Positions 28,447 through 38,897 of a stretch of DNA of 64,000 bases are shown here, one piece after another. The stretch lies in assembly GCA_947169105.1 (NCBI GenBank), contig CAMVOL010000007.1:6005-70004 (forward strand), read 5' to 3'. This DNA is from an uncultured Bacteroidales bacterium. GTDB taxonomy: Bacteria > Bacteroidota > Bacteroidia > Bacteroidales > WCHB1-69. Every line of letters begins with the position of its first letter. Within the stretch, counting starts at the first letter, position 1. The notes under the pieces are model-generated. The model was not told the DNA's origin, ran no database searches, and was given only the letters and a program-made list of their open reading frames with translations. The translations under genes were made by a program, and so were the position numbers.

Positions 28447-28597
28447 TTATTTGTTTGTCGTGTTTGGTAAAAGGTGACAGGTGACAGGTAGGAAGTGTAA
28501 AGAGGGGTGGTGCGTGGGTAACCTCCTACTTAATACCTATTACTTATTACATTATAGTTTTCAGTTTTCAATTTTCAGTTTTCCGTTTTCCGTTTGT

Positions 28598-29665
28598 TTA
28601 GTCACACAGGATATTCACGCCCAGCACGTCGGTGACACGCCCGATGACTGTGGCCTTCTCGCCGTTGGCGTACAGGATGTCGATGGCTTTCTTGGCCTCC
28701 TCTGCACTCATCACGGCAATCATTCCGATACCCATATTGAAGATGTTAAACATTTCTCTGTGAGGAACTTTGCCCCATTTTTCCAGCATCTTGAAGACGG
28801 GCAGGATCTCCCACGTTCCCTCGTGGATTTCCAAACCTTGTCCCTCGTGCAGCACGCGCGGGATGTTCTCGTCGAAGCCGCCGCCGGTGATGTGGCAGAT
28901 GCCGTGGACATCGCACTGGCGGATCACCTCCAGCATCTGCTTGACATAGATGCGGGTAGGGGTGAGGAGCACCTCTCCGAGCTTGCGGTTGCGGTAACTT
29001 TCGGGAAGCTGCGCAGCCAGTTCTCCATCACACTCTGCAATGGTGGAATGGTAGCTGAAACCGTTGTCTTCAACGATTTTACGCACCAAGCTGAAACCGT
29101 TGGAGTGGACACCCGTGGAGGGAACACCCACAAGGACGTCGCCGACAGCGACCTTGCTGCCGTCAATCAGCTTCGACTTTTCGACCACGCCCGTGGTGAA
29201 TCCGGCAATGTCGTACTCGCCGTCGGAATACATGCCGGGCATTTCGGCCGTTTCGCCGCCCACCAAAGCACAGCCGGCCTGACGGCAACCGTCGGCCACG
29301 CCCGCCACGATGGCTTCCACCTTTTCGGGGATGTTATGGCCAAGTGCCACATAATCAAGGAAGAAGAGCGGTTCCGCACCCTGCGCCAAGACATCGTTCA
29401 CGCACATCGCCACGGCATCAATGCCGATAGTGTCGTGCTTGTCCATCGCGAAGGCAATCTTCAGTTTGGTGCCCACGCCGTCGGTGCCACTGACCAGAAT
29501 AGGCTCCTTGATATTCAGGCTGTTAAGGTCGAACATACCACCAAAAGAGCCGATGTTACCCATCGACCCTTTGCGGTTTGTTGAAGAAACGTGTTGTTTG
29601 ATTCGGCGTACCACTTCGTAGCCAGCTTCGAGGTTTACGCCTGCGTTTTCGTAGGTTTTTGCCAT
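28598..29665 (-). CDS. purM: Phosphoribosylformylglycinamidine cyclo-ligase (AIR synthase)
   Basis: [37 protein letters not shown]. Confidence 0.98.
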   Translation of the reverse strand: MAKTYENAGVNLEAGYEVVRRIKQHVSSTNRKGSMGNIGSFGGMFDLNSLNIKEPILVSGTDGVGTKLKIAFAMDKHDTIGIDAVAMCVNDVLAQGAEPLFFLDYVALGHNIPEKVEAIVAGVADGCRQAGCALVGGETAEMPGMYSDGEYDIAGFTTGVVEKSKLIDGSKVAVGDVLVGVPSTGVHSNGFSLVRKIVEDNGFSYHSTIAECDGELAAQLPESYRNRKLGEVLLTPTRIYVKQMLEVIRQCDVHGICHITGGGFDENIPRVLHEGQGLEIHEGTWEILPVFKMLEKWGKVPHREMFNIFNMGIGMIAVMSAEEAKKAIDILYANGEKATVIGRVTDVLGVNILCD

Positions 29666-29698
29666 TACTTTCTATGTAAAATATTGGTTAGTAATCAT

Positions 29699-31048
<1,350 letters not shown>

Positions 31049-31068
31049 GGTTAATTAATTGATTTTTA

Positions 31069-34000
31069 TTATTTTGTGAAATAACGTACTGCGTTATCAA
31101 AAATTGGTTGCCAACGGTTTCCGTCAATGTTCTTGAAGAGGTTCTCCTCGTAACGCTCGCTGTGGCCCATCTTGCCGAGGATGTGCCCGTCGGGGCTGAC
31201 GATGCCTTCAATATCATAATAGGAGCCGTTGGGGTTGTCGGTGTAGCGGAAAGCCACCTGGCCCGCCTCAAACAGCTTCCGGGCCAGCTGCGGATTGACC
31301 ACGAATTTACCCTCGCCGTGGCTCAGTGCGATGGAGTGACGTTCGCCCGTCTTGAAGCTGGACAGCCACGGGGAGTGCGTCGAAACCACCTCGGTTACTG
31401 ATATTTGTGAGATATGGCGGTTGATGTCGTTGCGGAACAAGGTCGGGGAGTCGGTGGTCACGCTGCCGATTTTCCCGTAGGGGAGAAGGCCACTCTTGAC
31501 CAACGCCTGGAAGCCGTTGCAGATGCCCAAAATCAGGCCGCCACGCTCTTGGAGGCCACCGATCGACTTGGCAATCTTCTCGTTGCAGATGACACTGGCA
31601 ATGAACTTGCCGCTACCGTCGGGCTCGTCACCGCAGGAGAAACCGCCGCAGAATGCCAGAATGTGACATTCGTCGATGCGGGCGGCCAGCTCGTCAATGG
31701 AACGGTTGACATCTTCCTCCGTCAAATTTCTGAAAATGAACTTCTTGACCTGTGCACCCGCCCTGCGGAACGCCTTCTCGGTATCGTAGTCGCAGTTGGA
31801 ACCGGGGAAGACTGGCAGACAGACGACCGGGCCATTTTCTGGCACAGTGCCTTTATATTTCAATTCGCTGTCATTCAGTGTATCAGACTGTTTTTGGCAA
31901 ACCTCTTCGTGATATTCCGGCTGGGCTTTTGTGGGGTAAATTTTCTCGTAGCGACCGCTGTTGGCCTCTTCCAATTCGGAAAGGGCTATCACCGTTCCGT
32001 TGATTTCGACGGAAGGTTCGGAAATTACCTTGCCCAAAAGAACGGCGTTTTCGTAATGAAGTTCGCAGTCGCTTTCTACGATAATGGAGCCGTAATTAAG
32101 GTCGAAAAGCTGGTTTTCATCATAGTTTACCTTAGCACCTAATGCATTGCCGAAACACATCTTGCAGATGCCTTCCGCCACGCCGCCGAACGCGACCGAC
32201 CAGCCCGAAACGATGTGGCTCGCCTCGATATTTTGGCGGACAAAATTCCAGTTCCGTTTCAGTAAGTCCGTGTCAGGGAAGAAGTTAGCGTGCGGTGTGT
32301 GTTGGATGAGATAGATGCGGTTGCCCGCTTTCTTGAACTCGGGGGAAATCACCGTCTTGGCATCCACCGTGGTGATACCGAAAGCGACGAGGGTAGGGGG
32401 CACCTTCAGATCTTCGAAGGAACCGCTCATGGAGTCCTTGCCGCCAATAGAGGGAAGCCCCAGTTCGGCCTGCATCCGCAATGTGCCGAGCAAAGCGGAG
32501 AAAGGCTTGCCCCATGTGTGCGGATCGTGCGTCATCTTTTCAAAATACTCCTGATAGGAAAAACGCATTTTGGCGTAGTCGCCGCCGGCGGAAACCACTT
32601 TGTTACAGGCTTCTACGACAGAATAGGCGGCTCCGTGGTACGGACTCCAGCTGGTTAGGTCGGGATTGTAGCCGAAAGCCATAATGCTGGCCGTGTCGGT
32701 ATAGCCGTCCACGGGCAGTTTCTGCACTGACACCTGCGTCTCGGTGGCTTGGCGACGTCCGCCGTAAGGCATCAGTACGGTGGAACGACCGATGGTGGAG
32801 TCAAACATTTCGACCATCCCTTTCTGCGAAGCGACGTTCTCATCGGCCATCACAGACATCATCTTCTCCTTTAACGAACCTTTGTAATTGTTTGTATGGA
32901 AGGGATTTGAATTATCTACTGGAGATACTTTGACGGTGGTGTAGTGCTTGGCGCCGGCACTGTCAATAAACTCGCGTTCCAAGTCGCAGACGACCTTTTT
33001 GCCGTTGAAGATACGCATTCTGCCGGTGTCGGTCACATCGGCGACGTAGGTCACTTCGATGTTGTCGCGGCTGCAGTATTTCTCAAATTCGGCACGGTCG
33101 GAAGCTTGGATGACCACCGCCATACGCTCCTGCGACTCGCTGATGGAGAGCTCGGTGGCGTTGAGGCCGGCGTACTTGACGGGCACGCGGTCGATGTAGA
33201 TGTCGAGCCCGTCGGCCAGCTCGCCGATGGCGACGCTCACGCCGCCCGCGCCGAAGTCGTTGGATTTCTTGATCAGGCGCGTCACTTCCGGACGGCGGAA
33301 AAGACGCTGCAGCTTGCGCTCTTCGGGCGCGTTGCCTTTCTGCACCTCGCTCCCGCAGGTCTCGAGGGAGCTTTCGGTGTGTTTCTTGGAGGAACCGGTG
33401 GCACCGCCGACACCGTCGCGACCGGTGCGGCCGCCGAGCAGCAGGATGACATCACCGGCGGCAGGGCTCTCACGACGCACGTTCTCGGCCTTCACAGCAC
33501 CGACCACTGCGCCGATTTCCATGCGCTTGGCCGTGTAACCGGGGGCGTAGATCTCGCGGACGAGGGCGATCTGGTTGCCGTAGCTGGAGTAACCGGCGGC
33601 GGCTTTGCGGCTGATGACGCGCTGCGGCAGCTTGCCGGGCATCGTCTCCGCGACGGGCTTGCAGATGTCGCCCGCGCCCGTCACACGCATCGCCTGATAG
33701 ACATAGGAACGTCCGGAGAGCGGGTCACGGATGGCGCCGCCGAGGCAGGTGGCTGCACCGCCAAACGGCTCTATTTCAGTGGGATGGTTGTGTGTTTCGT
33801 TTTTGAATTGCAGAAGCCATTTTTCGGTTTTTCCGTCCACAGCCACATCCACGAAGATGCTGCACGCGTTGTTCTCTTCGCTGCGTTCCATATCGTCGAG
33901 AAGACCTTTGGCGCGGAGGTAGCGGGCGCCGATGGTGGCCAATTCCATCATGCAGAGGCTCTTGTTGTCGCGGCCGAGTTCCTTGCGGATGGCGTAGAAG

Positions 34001-34746
34001 TCCTGCAATGATTTCTCTATATCATTTTTGATAAAAGAATCTTCAATTTCAATGTCCGTCAGCTCGGTGGTGAAGGTGGTGTGACGGCAGTGGTCGCTCC
34101 AGTAGGTGTCGAGGATGCGAAGCTCGGTTTCGAGCGGGTCGCGGCCCTGCTTGCGGAAATAGAGCACCACCTCGTTCAGATCGTCCTCGTTCATGGCGAG
34201 GCCGTGCGAGCGGCAGAATCCGGCATAGTCGGACGGGGTCATTTTGGTGAAGCCGGAAAGGTCTTCAAGGGGTTTCACTTCGGCGCTGTCGTTCAGGGCC
34301 AGAATGTCCATGTTTTTGGCGCGGCATTCCACCGGATTGATAATATAGTGGCGGATACGGCCAAGATCCGTTTCGGAGAGGCTTTCGTCAAATATTAACA
34401 GACGGGAGCTGCGGATTTGGATTTGCGCGGCGGGGTCGATAAGATGGGCGCAATCGACGGCGGAGGCGGCCCGCTGATCAAACTGTCCCGGAATGAACTC
34501 CACGGCGAGGAATTTCTGCCCGTGGAGCGGGTTCTCCTCCGAAACGTTATCTGTAACGGTCTCACCGAAAACGCGGTAGCGGCACTTCTCGACCAACTCG
34601 TCATCGAAGCCGAAAAGGTCATAGACGTTGATGAGCCGTAGTTCTTTCAAGTTAAGGGAAAGGTTCTCGTTGAGTTCGGCGAGGAGGCTTTGGGCTTCCA
34701 CGCGGAACTGTTCCTTCTTTTCAACAAAAATTCGTCTGGCTTTCAT
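31069..34746 (-). CDS. purL: Phosphoribosylformylglycinamidine synthase, single-chain PurL-PurQ fusion
   Basis: WSDHCRH, KNETHNHPTE, DFGAGG, glutaminase motifs GICNGFQ and GHSER; start trimmed to MKARRIF. Confidence 0.96.
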   Translation of the reverse strand: MKARRIFVEKKEQFRVEAQSLLAELNENLSLNLKELRLINVYDLFGFDDELVEKCRYRVFGETVTDNVSEENPLHGQKFLAVEFIPGQFDQRAASAVDCAHLIDPAAQIQIRSSRLLIFDESLSETDLGRIRHYIINPVECRAKNMDILALNDSAEVKPLEDLSGFTKMTPSDYAGFCRSHGLAMNEDDLNEVVLYFRKQGRDPLETELRILDTYWSDHCRHTTFTTELTDIEIEDSFIKNDIEKSLQDFYAIRKELGRDNKSLCMMELATIGARYLRAKGLLDDMERSEENNACSIFVDVAVDGKTEKWLLQFKNETHNHPTEIEPFGGAATCLGGAIRDPLSGRSYVYQAMRVTGAGDICKPVAETMPGKLPQRVISRKAAAGYSSYGNQIALVREIYAPGYTAKRMEIGAVVGAVKAENVRRESPAAGDVILLLGGRTGRDGVGGATGSSKKHTESSLETCGSEVQKGNAPEERKLQRLFRRPEVTRLIKKSNDFGAGGVSVAIGELADGLDIYIDRVPVKYAGLNATELSISESQERMAVVIQASDRAEFEKYCSRDNIEVTYVADVTDTGRMRIFNGKKVVCDLEREFIDSAGAKHYTTVKVSPVDNSNPFHTNNYKGSLKEKMMSVMADENVASQKGMVEMFDSTIGRSTVLMPYGGRRQATETQVSVQKLPVDGYTDTASIMAFGYNPDLTSWSPYHGAAYSVVEACNKVVSAGGDYAKMRFSYQEYFEKMTHDPHTWGKPFSALLGTLRMQAELGLPSIGGKDSMSGSFEDLKVPPTLVAFGITTVDAKTVISPEFKKAGNRIYLIQHTPHANFFPDTDLLKRNWNFVRQNIEASHIVSGWSVAFGGVAEGICKMCFGNALGAKVNYDENQLFDLNYGSIIVESDCELHYENAVLLGKVISEPSVEINGTVIALSELEEANSGRYEKIYPTKAQPEYHEEVCQKQSDTLNDSELKYKGTVPENGPVVCLPVFPGSNCDYDTEKAFRRAGAQVKKFIFRNLTEEDVNRSIDELAARIDECHILAFCGGFSCGDEPDGSGKFIASVICNEKIAKSIGGLQERGGLILGICNGFQALVKSGLLPYGKIGSVTTDSPTLFRNDINRHISQISVTEVVSTHSPWLSSFKTGERHSIALSHGEGKFVVNPQLARKLFEAGQVAFRYTDNPNGSYYDIEGIVSPDGHILGKMGHSERYEENLFKNIDGNRWQPIFDNAVRYFTK

Positions 34747-34763
34747 AATGAGGTGGTTTAAAA

Positions 34764-34800
34764 GTTTGATGCCCACTTGGTTGTGAAGTGGGCATCAAAC
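34764..34800. terminator. Perfect 15-bp stem-loop between purE and purL (weak terminator or RNA-stability hairpin)
   Basis: GTTTGATGCCCACTT-ggttgtg-AAGTGGGCATCAAAC, followed by TTTT on the minus strand. Confidence 0.55.
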
Positions 34801-34806
34801 TACGGT

Positions 34807-35274
34807 TTATATGGTTGTATTGAGGATTTTTTCGCTTTGCTTTCTGCGGAACTCCTCGATACGTTCCGTAAGTGTGGGGTTGCCGAGGGCGAGGATGGTG
34901 ACGGCCATTAGGGCCGCGTTCTTGGCCCCGTCGATGGCCATGGTGGCCACGGGGATTCCTGACGGCATCTGCACGATGGAGAGGAGGGAGTCGAGGCCGT
35001 TGAGTGCCTTCGACTTCACTGGCACGCCGATGACGGGAAGGGTGGTGTAGGCGGCGATGACACCCGGCAGGTGGGCGGCTCCGCCGGCTCCTGCGATGAT
35101 GATGTCAAAACCGTTGTCGCGGGCGGCACGCACGTAGTCGGCCAAGGGGCCGGGGTTGCGGTGCGCGCTCAGCACCTTCTTTTCATACGGGATTCCGAAT
35201 TCCTCGAGCGTCTCCCATGCAGGGGCCATGACATCCTTGTCACTGGCACTTCCCATAATGATGGCTACTTTCAT
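34807..35274 (-). CDS. purE: N5-CAIR mutase
   Basis: [34 protein letters not shown]. Confidence 0.98.
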   Translation of the reverse strand: MKVAIIMGSASDKDVMAPAWETLEEFGIPYEKKVLSAHRNPGPLADYVRAARDNGFDIIIAGAGGAAHLPGVIAAYTTLPVIGVPVKSKALNGLDSLLSIVQMPSGIPVATMAIDGAKNAALMAVTILALGNPTLTERIEEFRRKQSEKILNTTI

Positions 35275-35295
35275 ACGAAACTTTGAATAAGTGGT

Positions 35296-35982
35296 TTATT
35301 CAAAAAAGAGTTTGGACAGGGTCATCGGTTCGATGTACTTGCCGTCCTTGTAAACGCGCATGTTGCCGGAGGCGATTTCGTCGATCAGCATCACGCTGCC
35401 GTCCTTGTCGTAACCGAACTCGAACTTGATGTCGTAGAGGTCGAGGCCTCTGTCCTTCATGGCGTCAGCCACGATGCGGGTGACTTTGCGGGTCATCTCC
35501 TTGATGTCATCATACTGCTTTTCGCTCATGATGTTGAGAGCCACGAGGCCGTCCTTCGTTACCAGCGGATCGCCTTTGGCGTCGTTCTTGAAGGTCATCT
35601 CCACATATTCGGGGAGGTCTGCGCCTTCGGTGATGTATTCACCGTAGCGGCGGAAGAAGCTGCCGACGGCTTTGTAGCGGCAGATCACTTCCAGACCCTT
35701 GCCGAACACCTTGGCGGGGAGAACTTCCATCGTGGTGTCATCAAGGTCTGCGCTCACATAGTGGGTGCGGATACCTGCGGCATTTATCTTCTCAAAAAAA
35801 TAGACGGACATCTTGAGGTTCACCCTACCGACTCCGTCTATTGTAAGTCCAACTGAATTTTCGCCGGGATCGAAAACACCATCTTTCCCGGTGCAGTCAT
35901 CTTTGAATTTGAGCAAATAATTGCCATTCTCGAGCTCGAAGACATTTTTTGTCTTGCCCGTGTAAACTTGTTTTTTAATCAT
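35296..35982 (-). CDS. purC: SAICAR synthetase
   Basis: [22 protein letters not shown]; first gene of the pur operon, -7 promoter at 36005-36012. Confidence 0.93.
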   Translation of the reverse strand: MIKKQVYTGKTKNVFELENGNYLLKFKDDCTGKDGVFDPGENSVGLTIDGVGRVNLKMSVYFFEKINAAGIRTHYVSADLDDTTMEVLPAKVFGKGLEVICRYKAVGSFFRRYGEYITEGADLPEYVEMTFKNDAKGDPLVTKDGLVALNIMSEKQYDDIKEMTRKVTRIVADAMKDRGLDLYDIKFEFGYDKDGSVMLIDEIASGNMRVYKDGKYIEPMTLSKLFFE

Positions 35983-36004
35983 AAGGCTTTGAATTTTGAT
36001 GCGG

Positions 36005-36012
36005 CAAAATTA
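36005..36012 (-). promoter_or_regulatory. -7 promoter element for the pur operon
   Basis: TAATTTTG on the minus strand about 22 nt upstream of purC. Confidence 0.7.
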
Positions 36013-36119
36013 CACTTTTTTTGATTTTGAAAAAAAGGTGAAATCTACTTTTTTTCGTTTTTTTTCAACTTTTCAACAGAGTACCCCAAAGGGATTTCCA
36101 TACAATAATATAATATATG

Positions 36120-36857
36120 CTATCCTTTCCGGAGTTCGAAATTTTTCCCGAGATAGACGGTCTTGACATAGTCGTCGGCGGCGAGCTCCTCGGCCGTGCC
36201 GGTACGCAGTACGGTGCCTTCGTGCAGAATGTAGGCGCGGTCGGTGATGGCTAAAGTTTCGTGTACGTTGTGGTCGGTGATAAGGATACCAATGTTGCGG
36301 TTCTTCAGTTTGGCCACAATCCCTTGGATGTCCTCCACGGCAATCGGATCGACGCCTGCGAAGGGCTCGTCGAGCAGGATGAATTTCGGGTCGGAAGCGA
36401 GGCAGCGGGCAATTTCGGTACGGCGACGTTCCCCGCCGGAAAGGTTCTTCCCCTTGTTCTTGCGCACCTTGTGGAGGTTGAATTCGTCAATCAGTTCCTC
36501 CAATTTCTCCTTCTGTTCGGCGCGACTATGGTAATTGAACTGCAAAATGGCCAGAATGTTATCCTCGACACTCATGTCGCGGAAAACGGAGGCCTCCTGC
36601 GGCAGGTAAGAGATACCCATCTGCGCCCGTTTGTACATCGGGAATTCGGTGATGTTCTCATCGTCAAGGTAGATGCTGCCCGATACGGGGCGGATGAGTC
36701 CTACAATCATATAGAACGAGGTGGTTTTGCCCGCCCCGTTCGGTCCTAGTAATCCCACAATCTCGCCCTGATGCACCTCAAGGGAGGCCTTGTTGACCAC
36801 GGTCCTCGATTTGTAAATCTTGACCAATTCCTCTGTTCGGATGATATGTGATTCCAT
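36120..36857 (-). CDS. lptB: LPS export ABC transporter ATP-binding protein
   Basis: [37 protein letters not shown]. Confidence 0.96.
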   Translation of the reverse strand: MESHIIRTEELVKIYKSRTVVNKASLEVHQGEIVGLLGPNGAGKTTSFYMIVGLIRPVSGSIYLDDENITEFPMYKRAQMGISYLPQEASVFRDMSVEDNILAILQFNYHSRAEQKEKLEELIDEFNLHKVRKNKGKNLSGGERRRTEIARCLASDPKFILLDEPFAGVDPIAVEDIQGIVAKLKNRNIGILITDHNVHETLAITDRAYILHEGTVLRTGTAEELAADDYVKTVYLGKNFELRKG

Positions 36858-36863
36858 AATAAA

Positions 36864-37271
36864 TTATTGTCTTTCAGCTAATTCTTTTATTTTCGTTGCC
36901 ATTACGTCCGCCACCTTCTGCAAAGGTTCTTTTACCATACCTTGCAGAAAGAAAGGAACATCGGCTTCAATACCCACATCCACTGCGGAGTTTGCCGCCC
37001 CGTTTCCGGAAATGTCAATCTGGAACCGCACTGGCAGATTCTTGTCGTTTTTGATTTCATAAACGACCTTGCTGAATTCCACCTTTTCGACAATCTCCAC
37101 CCGTGCCTTGACCATTCCCGCTACACTGAATTCGCAGAAATTCTCCTCCGCATTCCAGTCCTGCACCTGCGGTGGCAGAAACTCCCCGAACTTTTTTAAA
37201 TCGGTCACCATCACAAAAATCTTTGCGTCAGGGGCTTGTATTATATCGCTTTTGCTGTTGATCTTCATCAT
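36864..37271 (-). CDS. SRPBCC/CoxG-like domain protein
   Basis: 135 aa, START-like pattern (IFVMVTDLKKFGEFLP...C-terminal helix). Confidence 0.6.
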   Translation of the reverse strand: MMKINSKSDIIQAPDAKIFVMVTDLKKFGEFLPPQVQDWNAEENFCEFSVAGMVKARVEIVEKVEFSKVVYEIKNDKNLPVRFQIDISGNGAANSAVDVGIEADVPFFLQGMVKEPLQKVADVMATKIKELAERQ

Positions 37272-37360
37272 TTTAGTTAAAAGTTAAAAGTTAAAAGGTA
37301 ATAGGTATGAAGAGGGTTGTGCGTTGGCAACCTTTTACTTTTTACCTACTACTTATTACT

Positions 37361-37708
37361 TCATAATTTTTCCGTTTTCGGTTTCCTAACATAGTGCGGC
37401 ATTTCAAAAGGAATTTCCATCGACAGTTCAATGTAACCGCCGAATTCGCCGTTGTTGTACCACGGCATCTGGTAAATCAGCTTCTTGATGCCGTTTTTTT
37501 CGATGGTGTAGGCGTTGACATTGTGGTTTTGAAGCAAGCCCAGCAGTTTGGTGCGGGCCGGCTCGGGATGGCAGTCCAACAGCGACTGTCCCGCCATCGA
37601 CTTCCCATCCTTTGTGAATGTGCTGATGGATTTGTCATTCATGTCCAAAATAGTGCCGTCTTTGTCACAAACGGTAATCGAAATCGGAGTTTCCTTAAAA
37701 TATTCCAT
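37361..37708 (-). CDS. Stand-alone PAS-domain protein
   Basis: ITVCDKDGTILDMN...GQSLLDCHP...GEFGGYIE; start trimmed to MEYFKET. Confidence 0.8.
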   Translation of the reverse strand: MEYFKETPISITVCDKDGTILDMNDKSISTFTKDGKSMAGQSLLDCHPEPARTKLLGLLQNHNVNAYTIEKNGIKKLIYQMPWYNNGEFGGYIELSMEIPFEMPHYVRKPKTEKL

Positions 37709-37748
37709 AATTTTCAATTTTCAGTTTTCAATTCTCAATTTTCAATTT

Positions 37749-38897
37749 TCAATTTGATTCGTCCTGCTGTTCCGGTTCTGCTGTCACTTGACTTTCCTCC
37801 ACAGGTTCTTTCGCCTCTTCTGTAGGAACAAAGTATTGGGCGAAGAACTCGCGGGCCACGATGCGGAGGACGGTATAAGCGGGGACACCGAACAGCATGC
37901 CCCACACGCCCCCAACCTTGCCGGCAACCAGGATCACGATGAAGATTTCCAGCGGGTGCGCATTGACACTTTTGCCATAAATGTTGGGCTGCAGCACGAA
38001 GTCGTCAATCAGCTTCACAGCCCCGAAAGCAGCGACAATCTTGATGATGACGGGTGTCACCGCCGCATCGCCCGTAGTGAGGGTGGCATATACGCCGATA
38101 CCGACGGAAGTGATGCACGCGAGGAGCGGGCCAACGTAGGGGATGATGTTCAATAAGCCGCCGATGACACCGATGAGCAGCGCGTTGGGGATTCCCAATG
38201 CCCAGCAGATGAGGCCGTCAAGAACGCCGACGAAAATCATCTCTATGAGAACCCCTAAAAAGTAGCGGCGGAGCTGTTTCTTGGTTTCCGAAAGGATGTT
38301 GTCGAAGTTGTCGCGGAGCGAGGTCGGAATGTACTTCTTGATCATCGTCCAGAAGACAGTGTCGTCCTTCAAGGCGAAAAAGGTCATGAACAGGACGGAG
38401 AAGATGCAGATGAAGATGGAGCCGACCACACCGATGACATCCCCGAAAATGGAGGAGATGTGGAGGGAACCGACGAACTCACTTGCACGGTTGGTGAGCA
38501 GCTTGGCAAGATTGAAATTGCGGCTGACGAGGTGCTTGTGGCGCAGCCAGTGGTCCGCCTGTCGGCTGGCTTTTTCGAGATTGTCGAGCATCGCCGTCAG
38601 GTCAATGTTCTGTAACTGTTTGATTTCGTATGAGATGAGAGGAATAATCATATTGACGAGTGTCCCTAATACGGCCACAATGGCGACGAGCGTGATGCCG
38701 GCGGCCACAGAGTCGGGGAGATGGTGAGTGCCAATACGTACCTTTTGCAACAGTCGTACCAACGGACTGCCGATAATCGACAGGATCAGCGCAATGAACA
38801 TATAGACGAAAATGTCCGTGAAATACCAGAGTGCGGCACAGAACGCCACCAGTACGGCAACGATAAGGATAATTCTTCGGATGCTGCTATTTTCCAT
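37749..38897 (-). CDS. AI-2E family transporter
   Basis: Multi-TM; NIIPYVGP, IDDFVLQPNIYG, HPLEIF, GMLFGVP; start trimmed to MENSS. Confidence 0.92.
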   Translation of the reverse strand: MENSSIRRIILIVAVLVAFCAALWYFTDIFVYMFIALILSIIGSPLVRLLQKVRIGTHHLPDSVAAGITLVAIVAVLGTLVNMIIPLISYEIKQLQNIDLTAMLDNLEKASRQADHWLRHKHLVSRNFNLAKLLTNRASEFVGSLHISSIFGDVIGVVGSIFICIFSVLFMTFFALKDDTVFWTMIKKYIPTSLRDNFDNILSETKKQLRRYFLGVLIEMIFVGVLDGLICWALGIPNALLIGVIGGLLNIIPYVGPLLACITSVGIGVYATLTTGDAAVTPVIIKIVAAFGAVKLIDDFVLQPNIYGKSVNAHPLEIFIVILVAGKVGGVWGMLFGVPAYTVLRIVAREFFAQYFVPTEEAKEPVEESQVTAEPEQQDESN

